Shown here piece after piece: positions 45,699 through 55,547 of a stretch of DNA of 64,000 bases. A model generated the notes under the pieces. It ran no database searches. It had not been told where the DNA came from and saw nothing but the letters and a program-made list of their open reading frames with translations. How positions within the stretch are numbered: position 1 is the stretch's first letter; the number at the start of each line of letters is the position of its first letter. The DNA comes from Williopsis jadinii (lineage: Eukaryota), in contig AP024664.1 of the NCBI GenBank assembly GCA_024346625.1, positions 1,922,001-1,986,000 on the forward strand, in the 5' to 3' direction. The position numbers and the translations under genes were made by a program.

Positions 45699-46485
45699 GG
45701 TCTGTCCTCTCTTGTTATCTTTGTTATCCCTATCTCACGTAAACAACTTCTTCTTTACAAGACGGGTATCCAGGTTTTTTCTACACTTTTCCCAGTTATC
45801 CTTGAATGACGCGACGGTGTGTATGGGTTTGTTTACATTTTGGCGAAAGAAGCGCTTGAGAATTTCGGAGCGCGTTTCACGCAAGCACACACACACACAT
45901 ACAAACAATCACAGCGTAGAAAGAGGTCTTTATGTGTGGAGATTATATAGAAAACATCTCAAGTTATCCCACCAGATGTCTGGGTGTAAGTGTAAACCTG
46001 GGCCAACTATGATCTCCATACTTCTCAAACCGTGGTTGAGCACGTTCAATGGTGGATGGATCTCGCCAATTGTTTCAATCCAGCTTGGTCGGTGGTCTAC
46101 AACATTCGCAATTCCTCTTAGAGACGTTGTGTGCCAAATGGCGGAAACCACATCGGGCCACAGCGCCAACTTTACGCCACTTCTGAATGCTGCTCCAACT
46201 TTGCAATTCCCGTTTGTGCAGGGCTCTGAGCTGAGTTATGCACCCGGACACCACATGAGACGCATGTGTCCGCTACCGCACAGCGCCACTGCCGGTGTGA
46301 AAAACGCAGTCACAAATTTCCCATCCGCACAACAAACATGGCGGAACATCCAGACACCTCTAAGAAAAATTTCCCAGTACGCTGGCGGGTGGTCAACCAC
46401 TGAAAAAAAAACGAAATCTTCAACACAACGCTAAACAAGCTTCAGAAGTCTTGAAGAAGTACATTCACAACACAAATTAGCAAAC

Positions 46486-47191
46486 ATGGGTAGTAAGTAG
46501 AGGGTCCTACTGGAGAAGTGGTTTGTTGCAAAGTGTGATAGTTGTCGTAATCGAATATCTGTCATCTGAAGCCTTAACGAGGAAGCTGTGTGTCTTGCAA
46601 TGTGTGTTCATGAAGTGTGAAAAGTGTTTAAATCAACGATGAAGGTAAAAGAAGGTAGCAGGTGTATGACTCCATTGAAACGGAGACAGAGATATAAGTG
46701 GCTGTGTTGACTTTTCAGCGTAACTTGTACAGTATTGTTTTACACTGCCAAGATGGACTGCTATTGGAGCTGACCAAGTATCCTTCATGAGACTAAGCCG
46801 GAAAGACATCAATCCAATCCTGGAACACAAATGAAACCAAAAATCAAGTGTCAAGAGCTTTGCAAACAACCGCGGACCTACGATCTACCAAGATTGTTTC
46901 TCAAATGAGATACTAACTATATCACCAACAGAGGGTACTCCATCTCTCGGTAAGCGTCACAACAAGTCCCACACTTTGTGTAACAGATGTGGTCGTCGTT
47001 CTTTCCACATCCAAAAGAAGACCTGTGCTTCTTGTGGTTACCCAGCTGCTAAGTTGAGATCCCACAACTGGGCTTTGAAGGCTAAGAGAAGAAGAACTAC
47101 CGGTTCCGGTCGTATGCAATACTTGAAGCACGTTGCTAGAAGAGCTAAGAACGGTTTCCAATCCGGTGTTGCTAAGCCATTGGCTGCTTAA
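46486..47191 (+). CDS. RPL37: 60S ribosomal protein L37 (exons 46486-46492 and 46932-47191)
   Basis: ATG GGT A then GTAAGT donor (46493), TACTAAC (46911), CAG acceptor (46929-46931). Spliced product [23 protein letters not shown]... Confidence 0.96.
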
Positions 47192-47349
47192 GTTGAGCAT
47201 TAAAGGGTTGTATTTGTAATAAAATGGAAAATCATTTACGTTTTTGGCAAGTGTATTACCGGAATGTCCCACCAGGTACAACTCGAATATTTAGGCTTAC
47301 ATCTAATGTCAATTCTTAACGATACTTAATCCCGCGTTTAGAGATACCT

Positions 47350-49539
47350 TTATATGTCTATCATTTCCTCATCTCTTTGGTTTGGTTCAACAACGTTCAT
47401 AGCCATATACAGGGCGTCAACTTCATCCATCGTGGTGCACTTCTCCAAGATGTCTCGAGCACATTCAACAACGTCATCGTCATAGGCAAATTCCACGCCA
47501 TTACCAAAACCAACTTGTGCCTCAACAATGCTTTGAATCTTGCTCTGATCCTTTTGTACATTATCCTGCTTGGTAACGTCAATGTGGATTAGTTGTAGTG
47601 CCCTTCGCTCTGCCCATGGATTGAATACTGGGGATAGAGTGTCCTCCTGCTTCATAGTTAGCAAAAACTTTTGAGCTTCTTTGCTCGAATCATTAGCACT
47701 GAATGCAACACGAGCTAGTACGATCATGAGGACGTGGATCGTGTCCTTCGTCAGAGCCGGTGTCGTGTCACCTGCAGATGTCGTTACTTCCCATATTAAG
47801 TGTATCAGTCGAATGAGAGATGATATTAAACCACTTCTCATGTGCGTGGTTGGAGACCTTGGAATTGCGTGTATACGCTCCTGCAAAATCCCAATGGAGA
47901 ACACCAGTGATCTGAAGATATCAGGTCGATCATTGAAATGTGTAATTGAATTTGGGGTCACGACTATAAGCTTTGTGAATAACGAAACAATAAGCGATTG
48001 TACTTGTAATAAGTGCTTCTCATGTTTAAGCTCAAGTGCAAATTGATTGGCAGGTGTCAACGAGTATATCACCTGTGGACAATCGGTAACTCCAGTGCCT
48101 AAAAGGGCCTCCAATTGTTGGCTTTCAAAGTTGTTGCCAATGATCCTGTTCAGCCCGTGGAACAGCCAGTTCTGCCTCATCGCCACGCCATTCTCTACGA
48201 TCTGAGTCAAATGCTTGATGTCATGTTCTGACAGAGGACTCTGTTGACCATTGTATGCCTCCACAATGCACGTGAGCCAATTACAAACACTCATGACAAT
48301 GTTAAGATTAGAGCCTTGGTTCATAGCATGATTCATAAACTTCAACAGCCCTGCTGACTTCACAACGTTCCTTATGTGTTCGTGGTCATTCATGGAGATC
48401 ATGAGTAGAGACTCGATTAAATCACAGGTGAACACCATGATGAAATGGTCCACCATTTCAAACTGGACTCCGGACACGCCTACTCTCTTGTGCCGGATGT
48501 ATTGCTCTGACACAACTTCTAAGGGCTTGATCTCCGTATGAAGTTTGATCAGAAATGGATACAGCGACTCTATGAGCTCTGTTGTTGTGTTCTTAGTCAC
48601 TGTAGATGGTTTGAACAATATCGTTGCGTGTATCAATGCCAGCAAATAAGGTATTGGGAATCTTTGGTAATGCTTCTGCCCTTTGAAAAGGTGGATCGCC
48701 AGTTGTGAAATGAAGTGAGTGATCTTTGTCACATAAGCATCAATACGATACACGGGTCTATACCTGAGTAAGAACTCTACCAGATGGGCCTTTAGCGGTT
48801 CTCCTTGAGGAATTAAAAACCCGTTAAGTTCAAAATCGCACGATAATGCCACCTTTGACAGCATCTCAACAACTGGCTTTGAGGTAGAGGGGATCGTGTA
48901 TGCCAATATGGAATCTATCAGTAGAGAATTATCATCTTTGAAGACTGGAGTGAGCTTAACGGGCTCAGATCTCTGCTGTTGAGGAGCCGCCGATATAGAC
49001 TGTACTGTTTTGTTTGCACTGACCGTGGAGGATGTATTCACAGATGCCGGTGTTACAGGTTCTGGTGTAGCGGTCTTCTCTTCGCCTTCATTCTCCACTC
49101 GCGTGAATGAGTCATCCTGTGGCCTTTTTCTCTTCTTATGGCTAAGGTTCCTCATTTCCACCGCTAAGAACTTCTTCTCAGACTCCAGCTTCTTAACTAG
49201 CTCCTGCAGTTGTTGGATCCTACTTGTCTGATCTTGTTGCTTCTGTGCATTTGTCCTCACCATCTCTTCATACTCCTGGTGCGTCTTATTATTCAGTTCC
49301 TCTAACTTGGCTCGGAGAATAGCAATCTCCCCCTTGGCCGCAAGCATCGCTGAAGAATTGCTACCATCGTGGTGATCTACAACACCGCCATGGCTTTGAT
49401 CTCCACTCTCAACGGCTGGTATACCTATGGCTTCACCTATGGCTTTACCCGCGGGTTTGAGAGTCAGTGCTAGAAACTCATCATCGTCGTCATCGTCTGA
49501 AAAGTCAGAACCGAAATCATCCTCCGTAATCCTCGACAT
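47350..49539 (-). CDS. LCD1: DNA-damage checkpoint protein Lcd1/Ddc2 (ATRIP/Rad26)
   Basis: Acidic N terminus (DFSDDDDDD), AKGEIAILRAKL coiled coil, EKKFL, KKRK motif. Adjacent to RPL37 and TOS4/PLM2, as in S. cerevisiae. Confidence 0.8.
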   Translation of the reverse strand: MSRITEDDFGSDFSDDDDDDEFLALTLKPAGKAIGEAIGIPAVESGDQSHGGVVDHHDGSNSSAMLAAKGEIAILRAKLEELNNKTHQEYEEMVRTNAQKQQDQTSRIQQLQELVKKLESEKKFLAVEMRNLSHKKRKRPQDDSFTRVENEGEEKTATPEPVTPASVNTSSTVSANKTVQSISAAPQQQRSEPVKLTPVFKDDNSLLIDSILAYTIPSTSKPVVEMLSKVALSCDFELNGFLIPQGEPLKAHLVEFLLRYRPVYRIDAYVTKITHFISQLAIHLFKGQKHYQRFPIPYLLALIHATILFKPSTVTKNTTTELIESLYPFLIKLHTEIKPLEVVSEQYIRHKRVGVSGVQFEMVDHFIMVFTCDLIESLLMISMNDHEHIRNVVKSAGLLKFMNHAMNQGSNLNIVMSVCNWLTCIVEAYNGQQSPLSEHDIKHLTQIVENGVAMRQNWLFHGLNRIIGNNFESQQLEALLGTGVTDCPQVIYSLTPANQFALELKHEKHLLQVQSLIVSLFTKLIVVTPNSITHFNDRPDIFRSLVFSIGILQERIHAIPRSPTTHMRSGLISSLIRLIHLIWEVTTSAGDTTPALTKDTIHVLMIVLARVAFSANDSSKEAQKFLLTMKQEDTLSPVFNPWAERRALQLIHIDVTKQDNVQKDQSKIQSIVEAQVGFGNGVEFAYDDDVVECARDILEKCTTMDEVDALYMAMNVVEPNQRDEEMIDI

Positions 49540-49819
49540 CGTCAACAAATACAACTCCTATCCTCTCTGTATACATAGCATGCTGTCATTGTGAAGTAGC
49601 TCCATGTACACTGTCCAGGCTTGTGGTGTCTGGATGTTTTCCATCCTGAGTTCACTGTTCGCTGCACTGACGAAAAATTCTTCCGATGCATCTCACTTGA
49701 GTGATGAAGAGGAACAACACAAAGCAGCTGGTCACAGGGTGGTGTGTTCTGTTTTGATCTGTTTTCTGTTTGTATTTCTATCCCAGGTAGCTGACCACCA
49801 GACGAAATAGATATTCAAG

Positions 49820-50560
49820 ATGGCTAAAGGAGAGAAGAGTACGAAGGAAGTGCTACCAGCTTCGCTTGTTCCAGAACAACCACAGGCTTTGTCCTCGAAG
49901 GATAAGAACACACAGAGACTGATCGTTGTGCTCAGTGCTGCGTGTCTTGAAACTCACAAGATCTCGTCTGGACACGGAAGTGGACATGATAAGTATGCTC
50001 TGTTGAACTGTGACGATCATCAGAGTCTTCTGCAGAAGATGGGTAGAGATATCTCTGAGGCTAGACCGGACATCACACACCAGTGTCTGTTGTCTTTACT
50101 CGATTCTCCAATTAACAAAGCTGGCAGACTACAGGTGTACATCCACACTGCCAGAGGAGTCCTTATAGAGGTGAATCCAAGTGTGCGTATTCCAAGAACG
50201 TTCAAGAGATTTAGTGGGTTGATGGTTCAACTGTTGCACAAGTTGAGTATCAAATCCGTCAACTCTGAGGAGAAGCTGTTGAAGGTGATCAAGAACCCCA
50301 TTACAGACCATTTACCAACGAAGTGTAAGAAAGTCACTCTTTCCTTCGACGCCCCACTGATTCGAGTCCAAGATTACGTTGCCAAGCTGGACGAGGATGA
50401 GAGCATTTGCGTGTTTGTCGGTGCGATGGCCAGAGGTAAAGATAGCTTTGCCGATGAGTTCATCGATGAGAAAGTTGGACTCAGTGACTATCCTTTGAGT
50501 GCCAGTGTGGCATGCTCCAAGTTCTGCTTTGGATGTGAAGACGCTTGGGGAATCTACTGA
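49820..50560 (+). CDS. EMG1: 18S rRNA pseudouridine N1-methyltransferase Emg1/Nep1
   Basis: [49 protein letters not shown]. Confidence 0.97.
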   Translation: MAKGEKSTKEVLPASLVPEQPQALSSKDKNTQRLIVVLSAACLETHKISSGHGSGHDKYALLNCDDHQSLLQKMGRDISEARPDITHQCLLSLLDSPINKAGRLQVYIHTARGVLIEVNPSVRIPRTFKRFSGLMVQLLHKLSIKSVNSEEKLLKVIKNPITDHLPTKCKKVTLSFDAPLIRVQDYVAKLDEDESICVFVGAMARGKDSFADEFIDEKVGLSDYPLSASVACSKFCFGCEDAWGIY

Positions 50561-50656
50561 TGTCTCAATTGTGTGATTCTAGCCCTTTTATGTACACTAA
50601 TCCCCCATATATAAAACAGCATTTGTATAGATATCAATCTGCAAAGGTCAACTCAT

Positions 50657-50704
50657 CCAAACACCTAATAACCTAATAACCCAAACACCCAAACACCCAA
50701 ACAT
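50657..50704. repeat. Imperfect octamer tandem repeat (CCAAACAC / CTAATAAC, 6 units)
   Basis: ccaaacac ctaataac ctaataac ccaaacac ccaaacac ccaaacat. Confidence 0.85.
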
Positions 50705-51085
50705 CTCTACTTCTGCTTACGAGTTTCTCCGGAATCGTCCCGTCTTGCAAAGGTGTGTGACCCCCACTTTGATCCCCCGGCACCCGTCACGTTCAGCCAG
50801 TGGATTCTCCGAACAGGTTCGGTACACTGCTTAGCTCGTGACTTTGTTTGTTTTACCCCGGACTTTTCCAACCGCATCGAATGGGATGATACACCTGAAA
50901 GCAGGAATGGGCACAGGCTGTTTCCAATGGGATCATTGGATCTCGTGAGAGCTTCCTCGCGTTAGAAAGTATAAATAGGAATTTCGTTCTTGTGATCTCT
51001 TGTAAAACCTTTCCCACTTGATTTTATTCCCCATAGGAACTTAAACCTTTAGCTCAATACAATCTCGATACTCAGATAATTAACC

Positions 51086-51415
51086 ATGTGTCAAACTTCA
51101 ATTTGCGGACTTTGCAGTGAGTACTCCTCGTTGGCTTCGGCATGTCGAGACAGCCCATACAATTTCAACTCCGAAGTTGTATCGTTGTCTATCGCAACCG
51201 GCCGGAGTGTGCGCTCCCCCCTGTTCTTTTGATGAGCACATGTCTAACATTGGACTATAGACAAGAAGAGTTGGACCGGATGTGGCCAACATATCCCTGA
51301 AGTGATGGACAAAACTGACAAGAAGTACTGGTGTACTTGCAGACACAACCAAATGGATGAGACCACTGATACGAAGTATCCCCCAAAGGCATCTACTGGT
51401 AGAGCATCTGTCTGA
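51086..51415 (+). CDS. Intron-split 61-aa Cys/His microprotein (exons 51086-51116 and 51261-51415), putative metal-binding
   Basis: TATAAATA at 50970; GTGAGT donor 51117, CTAAC branch about 51244, TAG acceptor 51258-51260. Product MCQTSICGLCNKKSWTGCGQHIPEVMDKTDKKYWCTCRHNQMDETTDTKYPPKASTGRASV. Confidence 0.8.
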
Positions 51416-51969
51416 ACGTCACACCTCATATTCATTTAACCACCACATTTTCATGGGTCATGTTTTACTTTTATATTCTTCCTCTGTGTACTGTACCGGC
51501 ACAATGGCCACGGAAGGGCCTGTCTCTGTTTCCTCCCCTTTTGTCTCTTTTTAGTTCTCATGGAATGTGGCACTCACATGCCTTTAACTATATATTTCCA
51601 AATGCATATTATCCCAAGTCTTCTTAAGCAACAGCTTTACTAGGGCTCTTTCCCGGCCTAGAGGAAATCCTCGTAGTGCTAGGCTTTCTCACTTGTTGCT
51701 GCCATTGTCGCAAGATCACCTAACTCCGCAGACGTTTTCTTCGAGGGCTGCGTCGTAAACCTGCAGGGCCATCACCATCAGTTGCAACCCAGACAAGCAA
51801 AAACCACCAGAGCACTAGCAGTGCACTATAGAATTGATCTGATTAAATGGACGTGATAAGATTAGACTGCTCCGATTGTTGAATATTCAGCGATTTGCTA
51901 ATATCTGAGTCTTTTTTTTTACAACAAATGTATGAGAATTGTCATGCGCGTCGTCCGGCATATGTCTCT

Positions 51970-51995
51970 TGTTTCAAGCCGATAGACCTGAAACC
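51970..51995. promoter_or_regulatory. Ste12-type PREs upstream of PRM1
   Basis: TGTTTCA at 51970-51976 and near-match TGAAACC at 51989-51995. Confidence 0.55.
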
Positions 51996-52109
51996 AAGCC
52001 AAAACCGGCCCATTAGAGGTTGTTCTGTCTTACTTAAACACCACGACCATCGATGCTATTTTGTACCTTTTGTTTGTACTATGATGAGCTCGTTTGCTAG
52101 ATCATACAA

Positions 52110-54314
52110 ATGGCTACTACTGCGTATCTAAAACTCAAGGCAAGGCTCTCACAGGTGTGGTTAAACAAATACACAATCGTACTTATACTCATGGCGATCA
52201 AACTGTTCATATTTGGGATTAGTCTGAAGCATTCGTTGCATGCAGCACAGTACTACACACTGAGCTCATGCTCAACCATAGATTCTTTAGCAAGTAATGT
52301 TGTTTCAATACCTCATTACCTCTCCAGGTCCGCAAACCACCTGATTGAAAGATCCGTGGAGGGGATCAACGACGCAACAGTGGACTCAGTACAGATGACG
52401 ATAACCATAGCAGAGAACCTGATTGTATTTGCATTGGAACTGATGCTTGGAACGTACACGTGTCTCCTAACAGCAGCTGTTGATGCTGTCGTTGATGTCG
52501 CAATTGACACATCTGGAGAAGTGATAGGTTGGGTCAACGACACCCTCGGTACTGCAACTGAGGAGGTAGAAGATGGACTGCAGGACATTTCTGGCTACAT
52601 CAACGACTTCCTAGGCGCAGTCGATCGTGCTGTTGATTTCATTACTGGCGACAAGGACGAAGGAGATATCGACGATACAATTAACCAAGTGAACTTAACA
52701 CTGGGAAAGCTGAAAGATTTACAGATTCCGAGCTCTGTGTATGACAAGTTGGAAGCCCTGAGAGATAAAGCACCCGACTTTAATGAAGTGCTTGACAAGG
52801 CTCAGGATCTCATAAGGGAGCCGTTTGAGTACGTTAAGAATAGGCTAAAGAATGCAACTATACTTGATAACGATGGAGAAAGCCTGTACGTTCCCGATTT
52901 GGAGGATTTCCCAGTCTGTTCTAACAATGAGGATTCCATTGTGGAGTTTTACAAAGGTTTATCCGGCCTCGTACATAAGCTGGTGTTGGCATTCGTAATA
53001 CTGTTCATTGTCATTGCAATCCTCGTGATCATACCAGAGATGTACTCAGATTATCGTCACTGGAAGAAGTTACAAATGCTAAAGGAAGACACAGAGGATG
53101 AGCATGATCCAATTACAACATACGAAACCATTTTTAACAAGTATCCCACGAAGGCAGGCAATCTAATCGCATCCAAGATCACGCATACCGAGGAGACGAA
53201 TATACAGGTAAAGTGGTTCACCTCTTACGTCTTTAGTCAAAGGGCCTCAACTGTGCTATGCTTATCATTGGCTGGTTTTGTCTTGGTCATTGTACAGTTC
53301 TTGGTATTGGACCAGGTTCAAGGCGTCATCAATGGGACAGACACCCCATTTGAGGATATCTCTAGTCAGCTAGCAAGCAAGGTTAGTGTGTCGATCTCTG
53401 ACTGGACTGATTCAACCAACGACTACCTTGATAATGCAGAGGACAATATGAACGACCAGCTATTCTCAGGCGTAAGGAAAATTGCAGGGAGCGTGAATGA
53501 AACCATATCAGATTTTGTTGATGACATGAATACGGCAATTGATGAACTATTCAACGACACCATCTTGTACGATGCAGTGCGCTCCGTGGTTGGATGTGTT
53601 ATCGAAGATAAGTTGGTTCGGGTCGAGGAAGGACTGACTTGGATCTATGACCATGCAGAAGTTACATTCCCCAGGATTAATGAAGAATACTTGTTGAAGG
53701 CATTTGGAACTGAAGACGATACAAGCAACCTGCATCAATGCCACTATTACAACGGGACCAACTCCACAACCCCGTTGAATAACAATACGTATCACGGCAA
53801 TGGGACTTATACGCACAATCTCAGCACTACGTCCAATGGTACCGTGTGCTCTAACTCTACAACGGCTTTTCTAGAAAAGTCCTCGCTGGTAAGGCAGACG
53901 AGCTCTATGCTTGACTCCGCAAAGAGCATGTTGCGCTCGCTGCTTGATCTCACGATCGACTCCTATAGAGAAGCGTTAATGATCGAGCTCTGGATCTCCC
54001 TTGCGCTGCTCGTCATCTGGATATCACAGGTGATAATAGGCGTCCTCTACAGCTGGTATGACCTCAAGCATGGCACAGAGCTATCAACAACACCAGAGAA
54101 GTTATACATCAGCTACCCCAAAGAACTGACAGATCTGGAGAGGAAAGAATACGGCTACTCATACGATAACCATGCGCAGCGTCGTCGCAGCCCAACAACG
54201 CCCGCCACGCTCACCAGCGTCACATCATCTTCATCTCTCAGCTTGACCAATACACTTGGAGAGGCACAAGGGGCATCAAACCCGTTTAGCGAACGCTATA
54301 GCGCTTGGAGGTAG
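52110..54314 (+). CDS. PRM1: Plasma-membrane fusion protein Prm1
   Basis: YL.L.ARLSQVWLNKYT start, PHYLS, GTYTCLL, V.CVI..K motifs; several TM segments. Confidence 0.92.
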   Translation: MATTAYLKLKARLSQVWLNKYTIVLILMAIKLFIFGISLKHSLHAAQYYTLSSCSTIDSLASNVVSIPHYLSRSANHLIERSVEGINDATVDSVQMTITIAENLIVFALELMLGTYTCLLTAAVDAVVDVAIDTSGEVIGWVNDTLGTATEEVEDGLQDISGYINDFLGAVDRAVDFITGDKDEGDIDDTINQVNLTLGKLKDLQIPSSVYDKLEALRDKAPDFNEVLDKAQDLIREPFEYVKNRLKNATILDNDGESLYVPDLEDFPVCSNNEDSIVEFYKGLSGLVHKLVLAFVILFIVIAILVIIPEMYSDYRHWKKLQMLKEDTEDEHDPITTYETIFNKYPTKAGNLIASKITHTEETNIQVKWFTSYVFSQRASTVLCLSLAGFVLVIVQFLVLDQVQGVINGTDTPFEDISSQLASKVSVSISDWTDSTNDYLDNAEDNMNDQLFSGVRKIAGSVNETISDFVDDMNTAIDELFNDTILYDAVRSVVGCVIEDKLVRVEEGLTWIYDHAEVTFPRINEEYLLKAFGTEDDTSNLHQCHYYNGTNSTTPLNNNTYHGNGTYTHNLSTTSNGTVCSNSTTAFLEKSSLVRQTSSMLDSAKSMLRSLLDLTIDSYREALMIELWISLALLVIWISQVIIGVLYSWYDLKHGTELSTTPEKLYISYPKELTDLERKEYGYSYDNHAQRRRSPTTPATLTSVTSSSSLSLTNTLGEAQGASNPFSERYSAWR

Positions 54315-54484
54315 AGCACACACGCTTTCCCGCTGTCTTCTAAAGGGTTACCCTGCCCTTGTGAGAGTGACGACAGGCAAAGAGGAAAAACACAGAAAAG
54401 TAACCTCCCACGCGCCACCACCAACGCTTTCTCATTCTAGGCGCAACCACTGTTGAGTTCACTGAATAGAGATAGAAACCGAGA

Positions 54485-54863
54485 ATGTCTGAGGAACAGC
54501 ACGATGTCAAGCCAGATCTCCAGGCGGATGAGAAGCCTGTGATCAAGTCAGATACCCACTTGAACATTAAGGTGACTGACGGTAACTCTGAGATCTTCTT
54601 CAAGATCAAGAGAAGCACGCCGTTGAAGAGACTGATGGAGGCGTTTGCTAAGAGACAAGGCAAGTCACTGGAGTCGATCAGATTCCTCAGCGAAGGTGAC
54701 AGAATCAACGGCGAACAAACCCCGGAGGACCTAGACCTAGAGGACGGTGATGTGATTGAGGCACATCAGGAACAGGTGAGTAGTTCTTCCATACGCTTTG
54801 CTCCTTGGCCAACGCGTTTTACTAACGGCAGCAACACAACAACAGACTGGAGGCTTTTTCTGA
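54485..54863 (+). CDS. SMT3: SUMO (Smt3); exons 54485-54775 and 54846-54863
   Basis: [35 protein letters not shown] donor 54776, TACTAAC 54820, CAG 54843-54845; splicing restores ...HQEQ-TGG-FF*. Confidence 0.95.
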
Positions 54864-55106
54864 TTGTAACAGAAACTGAAAATAAAGGCTTAATAGTTTA
54901 CGATTGCTGTACTCCGATGTAGACACCTTTCCACACCGTTCCAGAGCTGATGGCCCTGCCCCTAAGATGTGAACCTGTTTCATAGCACAGGTTACCGGGC
55001 TGGGTGTGTCTTGCGAGAAAGCTGGGTCACGTGAGTATTACATAAGCTCTTAGTAATCTGCTTATGTAATGCACACGTGAAACGAGAATAAAAGCCCTGT
55101 TCAAAA

Positions 55107-55198
55107 ACGCGAAAAAAACGCGAAAACGGGGGACGACGCGTACTTTTAATCCTTCCGCTTTGGGCCTCTGAAACGAATCGAAGGTGCAAGCGACGCGT
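55107..55198. promoter_or_regulatory. MCB/SCB cluster upstream of GIN4
   Basis: ACGCGAAA at 55107 and 55118; ACGCGT at 55136 and 55193. Confidence 0.65.
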
Positions 55199-55547
55199 CG
55201 AACTGCATTCTCATCCAAAAGAGGAACACCAATAGTACCCTTTTAGGAGTATGGAACGCGCTATGTGAGTTATAAGACACCCCCTTTGAAAGAAACGCAT
55301 CGATGAATTGTAGATGATATATGGGAATGCCAGCTTACTCATTTTTTCTTTCCAAAAACCCCCTTCATCAAGACATTGTATTTTTTTTCACTCTTCGAAG
55401 TTCCCTGCTTAGTTCACTTCTTGAAGCTACCAATTGAGTTTCTTTCACTCCAAGAAGCACTTGTATTCCGCTGGAACAACCCCCGATATTCATTCATTTC
55501 ATTCCAATTGGGTTTGTCTATAGAAGAGAAGCAAGAACAGACTTACA

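Noticed and set aside
45697..46434. 245-aa plus-strand ORF between TOS4 and RPL37
   Set aside because: It spans a divergent promoter containing MCB, forkhead and Rap1-like sites and a CA run. No protein-like motif; probably chance.
46493..46931. Possible snoRNA inside the 439-nt RPL37 intron
   Set aside because: No clean C box (RTGATGA) and D box pair with terminal stem, and no H/ACA structure visible. A covariance-model scan would be needed.
50657..50704. Octamer array as CRISPR or true telomere
   Set aside because: Eukaryotic internal locus, no spacers, only six degenerate units.
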